Positions 27,894 to 38,646 of a stretch of DNA of 64,000 bases are shown piece by piece. Position 1 is the stretch's first letter. The number at the start of each line of letters is the position of its first letter. Origin of the DNA: Podarcis melisellensis (taxonomy: Eukaryota); assembly GCA_964234715.1 (NCBI GenBank), contig OZ174277.1. One strand, given 5' to 3'. Position numbers and translations under genes: made by a program. Under the pieces are notes generated by a model. That model did not search any database, was not told the origin of the DNA, and was given only the letters and a program-made list of their open reading frames with translations.

Positions 27894-29727
27894 TATATTG
27901 TTTCTGGGAAGTTACCCAATAACTCTATGGGCACGGGGTGGATGTATTTAAATGATTATACAGTTTTTTTCTTTGTCATCATTTGTAGTTATAAGTGGCA
28001 CTTATTGATTAGACAACGAAAGGCACATTTACAAATGCCTCCCATTTGTGTTTTTATCTTGGCATCAGTTTCCCAGTCATCTCCCTCCAAGTGATACTTG
28101 CTCTTTCCATTAGTTTACTGGTACAGGTGGCTACCATTTGTAGGGTGATCAATTTCTCTGCCTGTTTAAAAGCACCTATTATTTAAGCCAGTCCCTGCTT
28201 ATCCTCTTTTTTATTCATTTGGACAAGAGGTGCTGCAAAACATTTTAAATAGCTTGAGATAAAGGTTAAGCTTCAGGATCCCGTGTTATCATGCACAGCC
28301 TCAAAATAAATGGGTTAAGTCTGTTCCAACACAATGTTCAGAAATTGTGTCTTTAATGTGCATTTAATTTGTGCCCTTCTTTCAGATGTGAAAACATAAG
28401 CCAAGCTAAGAAAGCTATGGCCCATAAAGAAAATCATCTGCAACAGGTTAAAAAGTGCACGATGTGCTTTTTGCCCTGGCCTTTTACAGAGGATCATACA
28501 GATCTTTAAAACCTTTTAAAGATGTTTATGGCTACATAAGTGTGTGTGTGTTTTCCCCCTTACTGGATATGTTTCTCAGTGGAGAAGTGTGATTATTCAG
28601 AGTTGTATATTTATTTCAGGTATAATTTTTTTAGAAGGCTTCATATTAGAATTAATGGCTGGTTCACAGCCCTGGTTACAAACTATAAATTATCACTTCA
28701 CGTCTTGCCGTAGAAAGAGATTACTTAGCCATTCACCATTTGCCATCGGATGCTCTCCAGATGTGGTGTATGCAGCTTTCTGAATTTTTACCGGCATATG
28801 ACCAAGTTAATATGTTGCTTAGGCACCAAAGAAATGGTAAACTATCACAGAACTTTGCAGGAACCCACATATTTCTGTTTACATTTGTGGGGGTGGGGAA
28901 ATGATCTTTCTGTGCTCTAATCCTGGAATAGCTCTTTAACAATGCTCCACTGTTGCATTGCAGTTGTTTTTGTCCTCCACAGCATAATTTTATGCTAATC
29001 CTTGAGCTGTTGAGGAGGCATTCGCTTTCTTGGCTGCCTTTTACTTGGAATTCAAGTAGTCACCCATGTCTTACTATGTCTAACCGTTCCTTCTGACTAC
29101 TGGAATTGTGATGGTGTAAGAATGACTGTTTCTTCTATCTACTGTAAATATAGCACACATATGATCCAGTTGATGAAAGAACTGGGCTTTCATCTCTGTG
29201 TTGGAATAAGGCCCAGATAACGCATTTCAAAGCAGCTAAAAGGGAAGGCAATCGTGTTACCTTAAATCCCAGTTCAAATAATCCCAGACTCTATGCCAAA
29301 ACGCAAATGTTGACCTTGCTGGAGCACCCTGTCAACCTCCAGAATAACCCATAAAGCTTTGAAAGATGTCCCAACATATTTCTGAAAAGATTTTTTTCCA
29401 GGGCGGGGGGCTGATGTTAGCAAAACATCTTTGGGTTGCCCTTAGTTTTGCTTAAATCCCGTGGAAATATTCCAAGCTCCATGGTGTCTTCAGCACTTTG
29501 GAGAAATGGCTCATCTTAGCTCCGAGTGCATGATTGCTTGTGTACTTTAACCCACCCCCCTTATTTTTCCTGGTTCACTATCAGGCTAGGCAGCTCTGTC
29601 AACTCAAAAAGACATTCTTTTTACAAACTATTGATCTCTGTTGCTCTTCCAAATCCGTTAGTATTGGCCCTTAGGATTACTATAATGCTATAATCATTTT
29701 GTTAAGGATTCAGATTCATGGTGGACT

Positions 29728-29859
29728 NNNNNNNNNNNNNNNNNNNNNNNNNNNNNNNNNNNNNNNNNNNNNNNNNNNNNNNNNNNNNNNNNNNNNNNNN
29801 NNNNNNNNNNNNNNNNNNNNNNNNNNNNNNNNNNNNNNNNNNNNNNNNNNNNNNNNNNN
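29728..29859. other. Assembly gap (132 N)
   Basis: Run of N. Confidence 0.99.
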
Positions 29860-30001
29860 AATGGGCTTTCTCTCTTTTTTCCTCTCTCCTCTCTCCTTCC
29901 CCTCCCCATCTCTTTGGGAACCTTTTGCGCTATGATCTGATTTTATATTCTGTGAATGAAAATCAGAATTTAACAAGACTCATGGCCTGTGATATGAAAT
30001 G

Positions 30002-30005
<4 letters not shown>

Positions 30006-30038
<33 letters not shown>
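30006..30038. repeat. (TG)n microsatellite
   Basis: Direct observation. Confidence 0.95.
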
Positions 30039-30039
<1 letters not shown>

Positions 30040-33000
30040 TTCCTTCCTGATTCACTATGGTATATATATATTCCATTTACTTTGGAAAATGGAATTCTTA
30101 AACATATTTTAATTAATACCACTGATGTCCTCTGGTGTTTATGCCTATGAGATCGCCTTTATTTTCATTGAGATTTATACAGAAGCAACTTCTCTAATTC
30201 ATTACCCTTTTTTTATATCCTTCTTTTGTTAACTTGTTCCTGAGAACCAATACTGATAGACACATCACTTTTCCTTCTTTCAAAGACCAATTAAATGTTA
30301 GTACAGCATAAAACAGGCAGCAAGGCTTTTTCTGATGTCAAAAAGAAGAAGAAGAAGAAAAAGGCTCTAGATGAAAACAAGAATAATCCTGCTGCATATT
30401 GTTATTACTTGCCATCAAAAGAAATGCTTTTGAACTAGAGATATTATCACAATTCATGATTAGTTGCTTCACAATATGAATTAGTTCAGATCAATATTCG
30501 GCTATATTACAAATTGAATGTTGTTTCCCCCAGTTCTTCTCTGCCAGCCAACCCAAAGCTAGCACTATAAATCTATGCACCATACTATAAATGTGCGCCA
30601 ACACTTGATCATGTTAAACTCCTTACATTTTCGTAGTGTTGGATACAACCCCAAATGTTTATTTCAAAATATTAGATGTTAATGTTGAGGTAAAATGTTG
30701 ACTTCAAAATATTTCAAATTTTGGAATTCTGTCAAATTATGAACTATTATAAAAGCTTTGGCTTGGGCTTCACACTGGTAAACTTTTTGGACCTTATAAC
30801 ATTTTAATTTGAAATGTAATTTCCCTTCTCTCCACATTGATGCTTGGTCATCAAATATGCTTGTGCTGCTAAGGAGGCGTATTGTAGTTTCCTTGTGTTT
30901 AATTAGGGATTGTCTGAGTAGCTTATTTTCATCCTGTTTCAGTTTCTCTGGTGCTCAATCACCCCATTTAGCGTAGATAATTTGGGAAACACAATGCATT
31001 TGAATTGTATGCATTTTGTACACACATTTTATGTAAATTAAACATTTTGTAGGATTTTGTTGTTGCTGTTGTAGAAAATGCCTATTTTTGTGTGCACTTT
31101 TAGTTCACCCAAACTTCACCACAAAATATGGAGAAGTGCACAACCCAGCTGGGAGTTGCATTTTGATCCAGAAGCAAGTTTGGAAGCATTGGGTCAGTGG
31201 TCACAAGGGAGGCCCAGGGCCTGCCTGCAAAGCCGCCTAACCAAGAAGGGCTGAACGGACATCTCAAAGAGATTTTCTGTATCAGTATGGAGAGCTGATT
31301 TACACTTGCACATCCATAACCTGTCACAGTTTGATATTTGTTTACTCACAGCTGACCATGTGAACTGTTTCCACTGAAAATCATAATGTTTAAGATGATG
31401 TGACATGGGCATGAAAGCTCTGTCTGTTATACTTTCTCCTTCATTTGGGGCTTGTCAGAGGATTAGGATTTCCTTTGAGTCTAAACCTTCCTTGAGCTGC
31501 CCATGGCACACCCCAATCTGCAAGGCATTGGAGCTTCCATATTAGTAGGGCAGGAACTGTGGAAGCTTCTTTTGTGGCAGGAAGTGGCATCGGAAAGAGT
31601 ATCTTTTTCTCAGTCTCTGCCTTCAGAATGGGAAATCTAGTGCTTTCTATGCCCCCTGCGACACCCACCTAGGAAAAGAATTGGCTTCTGCTACAAGATG
31701 GCAGAAGGTCTGTGTTAGATTGTGGCTTCAATGTACATCTGTGTGAAAAGTCCCCCTGGAGCTTGCTGATGTGACACCATTATAAGAAGTGCTGGATTGG
31801 CCTACTTACAACTAAATAAAGAATACTCTCCAGGAAGATCAAAGCTCAAATTAGACTTCAGGGGGGAAAATCATTCTATTATCATATACATTGAAGATAT
31901 AGAACTCTGACTCAAAATCAATAGACCAAATTTTTCTAAGTGCTAAGAGGCCTTGTGTTTCTTTCAAGTCATATTTTTAAGATTAAAAAAGTTATAAATA
32001 GTAAAACAAACTTAAACTCTAGTCCCTGTAAAAACTCCATACACCCCATTTTGACTGCCTAAAAAGAACATAGAGTATTTTTAAAAAATTATCTAATGCA
32101 TTTAAAGTTTTTCCAAATAGAAGTTACAAAATAGCTAAACAATTATAATAAAAATGGGCCATTAAAAAAGCTTTTAAACTAATTGAAAACATCATAACAT
32201 TAACCTCTATGACAACCATGTTTTTTTGTAAAAGAAGAAGAAGAAGCCAAATATGTAGTGTTTGGCAAGCAACTTATTTTAAAATCTCTCCCACCCAATT
32301 GTTTAATACTTTCCAAATGTCTTTCTTCTGTCTCTTTGGTCTTATCCCATTCAGGGGCTTCCCTCCCACAACTAGATGTAGGCACCATATCACCTCCAGT
32401 AGCCCGTATTGTTCCTGTGAGGTACTCACAGTCTTTTACTGATACAGTCATTTGCTAAGCTCTTTCTACTTCAGAAATATTTATGAGATTAATGACTCCA
32501 ATGCTTCAAGTACTGCAGATGTTTAAGGTAGGGGAGGGGAAGCTGTGGTGGTCCTCCAGATTTTGTTGGACTCCAACTCCCATCACCTCCAGGCAGTATG
32601 GCCAATGATCAGGGATGACGAGAGTTGTATTCTAGAAACCTCTGTAGAGTCACATGTTACCCATCTCTGACTTAGGGTCTGATCCAGGGGCAGCCAATAT
32701 GGTGCTCTCCAGATGTTGCTGGAGAATGCAACTCCCATCATTCTTAAGCAAGTCACTTACTATTCCAATTTATTTCTGAAATTGCTGTTAACCTCATTTC
32801 ACTGCATGCCGGTAGCATGGGGCATGTGATTCTGAGTGCTGCAGTAGTGGCCAAAGGCTGCAGCACAAATGATGATCAGATAGCAGCACAGACCTCATGG
32901 CAGCTTCTTGTTTAGCTCTAGGGACTGTCATCATGCAAACATGTGTGAGGAACACTTGTTTGGGTCTGATTGCAGCTGATGTCTCAAAGGCCCTGAAGCC

Positions 33001-34354
33001 CTGACAAGCAGAGTTCTTGTACTTTTCTCATCTATCATTCAAATGAGGAACATTTTTGGAAGCTTCTCACCACTGGAAGTTCTTTTTGCAACAAACTCAA
33101 GGTTATTAAAAAAAACTGCTTCCCCCTCCTGTGCTTCTGATTCTGACTAGCAAAACAGTTCTGGAAGAGAACATGGGCAGGCAGACCTGCAAGTGTGGGG
33201 CTATTATTTTAGTTAACCCAAACTCATCCAATGAGCACTCACATAGCAAAGAATGTGCTTGCTTCTCATAAGGAGGCATAAGGCCAACAGCTGTGCTGAG
33301 TGTAGCAGCTACAAGGCTGTAAAAACCCAGTTGATGAGCCTCACAATCTGTGGTATGAGCTCAGCGAGGCAGTTTTACTAACTGTAGTATATCAGTGATG
33401 ACTGAAGAAAGGTATGAGAGTGATTTATTTTACTTACAACCCCCTTCCTGTTACTTAACCCCCCAAATAGCACTTCCATCCTATTTGTCTCCATTAAGGT
33501 ATGCCAATAAGGTTTTAAGGCAAAATCTGCTGAATGCATTCTTGGGAGTAAGTCCCACTGCAGTCAGTTGTACTTTACTTCCGAACAAAGAGGCATAAAA
33601 TCATGCTAGAAGGCTGAAACCATATGCACATTTTATTGGGAGAATGTCAGACTGAACTTTGCATTGTTTACCTCTGAGTAAACTTTCATAGAGGCACACT
33701 ATGCAGGTCAAGTTGTAAGCTCACATATTACAGAGTGTGCCCTATTGAACTTTCAGTAAGACATATTTCCAAGTAAACATCTACGGAGCTGTTAGACCAG
33801 GGCTGGCTAATCAGCATCCCTCTAGGTGCTGTTTTGACTCCAAGTCCCATCAGTTAGCATGGCCAATAGTTGGGGACAATGGGAGTTGTAGTCTGGCAAC
33901 ATCTGGAGGGAAACATGTGAGCCTGTAAACCTAAACTCAAGGTTAAATTTTCACTACCCTGCATATATATTGCCAAGTTATAGGTGCTTGGGGGGGGGGG
34001 ATGGTGACAATGACTGAAATACAACAAAATATTGAAACAGATTCACATCCTTAATTTATGCAATTATTTTAACTCTGCCCACTTTGTGTTCATTTTCTTT
34101 TTTAAAAAAACCAACACAACTCAACTAGTCACACAGGGTTTTGTACTTTATTTCTGAAGGTGTGGGTCCAGAGAGTGTGCTGCTGCTTTGTGATTACACA
34201 TTTGCTCTGACAAGACCCTGCATTGCTGCTGGTTGTCACCTGTGTACACATTACACACCCTCGCCACATATCTTTCATAGCATTGTAAAATGTTCTCTGA
34301 GCAGAAACATATGGGGTCACAACTTTGACTTCTTCCAATAGATACTAGAGTCCC

Positions 34355-34389
34355 AGAACGAATTAAGTTCGTAACTGGAGGTACCACTG
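34355..34389. mobile_element. Single terminal fragment of the 27420/58794 MITE family
   Basis: GAACGAATTAAGTTCGTAACTGGAGGTACCACTG followed by TA. Confidence 0.7.
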
Positions 34390-35502
34390 TAGTTTAGCAA
34401 ATGGAATGCCACCAGAGAAGAGACCCTATTCTAAGCAAACTTCCCCTAATCATGAGAAGCAGATAAGAGCTTTCTCCACAGATCACAGGGCAAAGGTCAA
34501 CTTCACAGCGCCCACAGGTGCCAGTGTGCCAGCCAATGCATCAGTTGGTGCCCCCATAATGTCTCAGTTGGTGCCCACATAATATCCCCTGTATCTCAGG
34601 GAGAATCCTGAAACCTGAATAGGTCTTTCTGTCCTATCCTTATTTTTCATTCATTATGAATTAAAATTAATGAATTTACAGGTGAAAGCTGTTGGTTGCT
34701 TTTGCGTTTAATGTTTTGTACATGCATTGTTTAAATTTGTACAGAGGTCATCATTCCTAAATCAGAAGTACCAGCTTAGTGACCCTTTAAAAAAACCTGG
34801 CCAAAATTCTTCCCAAGCTTTTTTTTTTTTAATCCCCCTGAACACCAAACTGCTTTCCCCCTCCCCACTTTTGTTTTTAAGCTTTCAATTGATTTCCCCA
34901 GTGGATGTGAAGTAGCAGCATCTTTTAAACTTTGGGTAACTGGTTTTTCCTCATGTTTTCTTCCCTTAGTCTTTGTAAATGGATATCATTCTGAGCTTGT
35001 AGCCTTGAGTTTCTCATGTGATATTTATCTATCTGAGATAGTGATACTGCTGACATTTCTGAAACAATCTGAGATCTCTATGCTACATTTCTGCAGGTGC
35101 CAGATTACTTATCTTGGAGGAGTTTAGAATTGTCTGATAACGTCAATATTTGGCTACTACAGAAGCTTTACAGTAGTTAACAAAAGAGAGAGAAAGTAGA
35201 AGATCTGTCTTCTCCCTTATCTCAAGGTATTGACTAACAGCCCAGTACATAGCTTTGTTAAGTGAAAACACTAGAATCAAAAGTAATGGGCTCAGAAACA
35301 AACACAAAAACACAAACCACACAGATGCAAACTTTCCCTGCTAATCTGTCTGAGACTTATTTTTCCATCTGTGGTCTGACGAAAATGCCAATGTGATCTG
35401 TTTCATGCATGGATATTAAGACTTTTCAAATTCTAACTTATTTATTTCATTTATATTCCACTTTTCCTCCAGTGTGCTGAAGGTAGCATACTTAGTTCCT
35501 CC

Positions 35503-35628
35503 TAGGACTTTTATTCAGCCAGAACTCAGTTCTGGTACCTCTTAGGTGGGCGCCGTTGCCATTATAAGAGAAGAAGGGAGGTGTTCGTGGTGAGTTTCAG
35601 AACCTCTTTTTCCAGAAAAATAGCACTG
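35503..35628. mobile_element. hAT-type MITE, family A copy 3
   Basis: Homologous to 1450-1585; ends AAAAATAGCACTG. Confidence 0.72.
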
Positions 35629-35674
35629 GTTCTCCTCTTCCTCATTTTATCTTCACAATAACACTGTGAGGTAG

Positions 35675-35768
35675 TCAAAACAAAAAAAATTCCTTCCAGT
35701 AGCACCTTAAAGACCAACTAAGTTAGTTCTTGGTATGAGCTTTCGTGTGCATGCACACTTCTTCAGAT
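35675..35768 (-). mobile_element. Penelope-like terminal-repeat fragment
   Basis: 12-bp TSD ACTGTGAGGTAG (35663-35674, 35769-35780); near-identical to 54478-54560. Confidence 0.75.
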
Positions 35769-35770
35769 AC
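35733..35770 (-). ncRNA. Minimal type I hammerhead ribozyme motif (copy 2, best preserved)
   Basis: Minus strand GTAT-CTGAAGA-A-GTGTGCATGCACAC-GAAA-GC-TC-ATAC: stem I GUAU/AUAC, palindromic stem II, self-complementary AGCU at stem III. Confidence 0.75.
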
Positions 35771-36021
35771 TGTGAGGTAGGTTGGGCTAAGAGACAGTGA
35801 CTGGCCCAAGGTCACACAGTGAGCTTTGTGGCTGAGCAAGGATTTGAAGTCTGGTCTCCTAAAGTCATAGACCAACACTCTAACCATTATATAGCAATGG
35901 ATGAATGACTTGTGAGAAGCATTTAGTTGACTTGTAAAATGTCTCAAATAGAAGAATGCACATAGCTTCTTCCCTTAGCTGTTGTTCACAGAAGCAGCCA
36001 AAATGATTAGGCCACAGTGAC

Positions 36022-36023
<2 letters not shown>

Positions 36024-36070
<47 letters not shown>

Positions 36071-36372
36071 TCTTTATTGTCATTACACAAGTGCAACATT
36101 GCACAAGTGCAACGAAATTGGATGCCATCCCTTAAAAACAACAAAAGCAAAACAACAACAACAACCAAACAAACCACATTCCAGCCACACCCACACCCAC
36201 ACCCATCAAACTCCCAGGTCACACTATCGAGTTACAGCATTCAAAAAGGCCACAGCTCTTGGATAGAAACTATTTTTCAGTCTATTTGTCCTTGACTTGA
36301 TGTTTCTATATCTCCTGCCAGAAGGCAGTAGTGCAAACAGACTGTATCCCGGGTGAGATGAATCCTGCAGGA
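36024..36372 (-). mobile_element. Rex1/Babar-type LINE 3' end with (CTAT)n tail
   Basis: Minus-strand frame LQDSSHPGYSLFALLPSGRRYRNIKSRTNRLKNSFYPRAVAFLNAVTR* (stop at 36224-36226), then a short 3'UTR with a GTGCAA/TTGCAC stem-loop, AATAAA and a tetranucleotide tail (36024-36070). Confidence 0.82.
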
Positions 36373-37115
36373 GTGCTTCCCACCGCCCCACTTTGGCTGG
36401 TTTACTAGGAATAATGTAGTCTTAAGGAAGTACTTCTGTTCTACAGATAATCCATTTCCCCATCAGTCCAATTGTATTCCCCCGCTTCCACTGGGAACAT
36501 GATTTTTTTGATGCTGGAGAAATGCACTTTCTCCTCAACTCATTCCTCTACCTTGGCATTGAGTGTTGCGTTGAATGTAGGCACCCAAGTAATAGGCACC
36601 TATTTTATAGCACGTTTAACATTGCTTATGAGGAGTGATACAATGCCCCTTGCCGCCATCATTTAAAGTTGTGTTTTTTACGTGAGTGGCTCAACTATGT
36701 CTGCCATTAAGGCCATCTTTTGCAGCTTTGAAAATAATTTAGATAAGCAATGGAATGTACATATCTCTTTTTTAAGCAGCAACACATCAACTTTCTTCAT
36801 GCATTTGTAAGAATGCATGTGAATGTAAAATGTGTGGGGTGGCAATGGTAAGTAAGCATGCCCCACCTTGCCTCAATATTCCCATATGATCCTGGTTGAA
36901 CCCGCACCATCCTCAGCCTACCTGCATGTGTGGCAAGATCTGAAGGGGCTTCTAACTGTCTTCAGCTAATAATGCCAGACTCCAGATCCATGGGGACGCT
37001 TTGCACCCATTCACCTTCTTTTGAATGCATGGATAGGGCTAATACTTCCTTGTTGACCCTTGCTGACCCTTCCATTATGAAGCAACAGGTCACCACATTA
37101 ACCAAATTCACTGTA

Positions 37116-37326
37116 CAGTCATAGCTTGGATCCCGAATGCCTTGGTAGTCAGATGTTTTGGCTCCTGAACACCACAAACCCGGAAGTGAGTATTGGAACC
37201 TGAACATCCGATGGGGCTTCTGCGGCTTCCGATTGGCCAATCAGAAGCCGTGCTTTGGTTTCCAAATGGTTTGGAAGTTGAACGGACTTCCGGAATGGAT
37301 TCCCTTCAACTTCCAAGGTACGACTG
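37116..37326. mobile_element. Tc1/mariner-type MITE
   Basis: TIRs CAGTCATAGCTTGGA / TCCAAGGTACGACTG with TA on each side. Confidence 0.8.
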
Positions 37327-38513
37327 TATTTATATCAACACAAAGTTATATATGAATAACATATATAAGTTTACTCACATGGAGAGGTTTACTCACTGCT
37401 GGTTAAAGCCAAATATTCTTGCCTTGGAAATGCTTTGGTCTCATTAAATCAGTAGGACCAAACTGGCTCTGTGCCAAGTGTTTCAGCTTCACTGGGTGGT
37501 GGACAGGGTTGCTGTTTTGTGAAATATTGCTGTGCGGAGCAGTTGAAGAAAAACCTTTCAATGGTAAAGATATTTAAAAGGCCACACTCATTTCAACTTG
37601 GCACAGGAAGAAAGTTTTTAAATGGAATTTTCTTCCTTTGAAAATCTTCTCCTAAATTTCTAAATGCCTTGTGCGAGGATTGTAATGGATTCATCCCTTA
37701 AGTAGAATAATCATAGATGGTCCTATTTACCTGAACTGGAAGCTGGATGACAACCCCCACCCCAAAAACGGAAACCTGAAAAGCATCATTGGCAGAATTC
37801 TGTCATGGGAAAACAAAGAAAAAAAATAAAATAAAGGTCAGTTTCCTATGCTGGGAGAGTGGAGAGGGGGAAGATATATTAAATTATGGCAACTGGCCAT
37901 TTTGGCAAAGCTTTAAAAAACCCAAAGTACTTCCACTCTTTAAAAGCAGCACACACATCCATATATTATCTATTTTTTTTTCTTTAATGTGAAAGTCAGA
38001 AATATGTTTGTACATTGTCTCCGGGCAAATTCTCAAGAACCTCTTTAAAAATAGTAAGCAATTAAGAGCCTCAGTGGAGCAGTATAAGGTGATACTGTGA
38101 CAAACAGATTGGAAAAATTCAAGCATGACAAGTACTGAGGGAATTACTGTTATGGAATTCTTGGGAATTGTGATGGAATTTCTTATGAAGCCAAAATCAG
38201 AGCAACTTAAATGGGGATATGAGATAGTGTGAGTTACATATTAGTAGGAGAATGTAAATGGCAGTAACTTTACCCAAGAAAGATAGCCAACAGGACTACA
38301 TGCAAAACCAATATTTATATATTTGTTTAAATTTCTATCCTGCCATCCCCAAAGGCAAAATATAAAATGAGCAGCCTGCCTCTTCTCCTGTTTTATCATG
38401 TTGTTATCATCAACTTCTTGCATGCAGTTTTCCCATCTATTGTTCTAGATTTCATCATTTCCAGGCCCACTGCTTCTTTGTGATTTGACAGAGATGATGG
38501 GCATGGCCTAGCC

Positions 38514-38646
38514 CAGGGATGGGCAACCTGTAGCCCTCCAGATGCAGATGGACTGCAACTCTCCTCTTGCCTGGTTGTTGGTCAGGTAGGGCTGTGGGGA
38601 GTTTGACTCCAGCTACATCTGGAGGACCACAGGTTTCACACCCCTG
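38514..38646. mobile_element. hAT-type palindromic MITE (ACTACAACTCCC family)
   Basis: CAGGG...CCCTG ends, TSD GCCTAGCC/GCTTAGCT. Decayed relatives near 3840, 5990, 25665, 32530, 33797, 38900 and 46465. Confidence 0.75.

Larger units (their letters stand above)
27249..27897. mobile_element. Penelope-like terminal-repeat insertion (inverted arrangement) interrupted by a MITE
   Basis: 13-bp TSD TTGTTTCTGGGAA at 27236-27248 and 27898-27910; shares sequence with 35675-35768 and 54445-54610; contains a hammerhead motif. Confidence 0.75.
35437..35892 (-). mobile_element. Old tRNA-derived (MIR/CORE-like) SINE split by two younger insertions
   Basis: After removing the inserts it reads CCTCATTTTATCTTCACAATAACACTGTGAGGTAGGTTGGGCTAAGAGACAGTGACTGGCCCAAGGTCACACAG...GGATTTGAA...CTCTAACCA, the typical antisense MIR-like layout with a (TATT)n tail. 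Confidence 0.72.
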
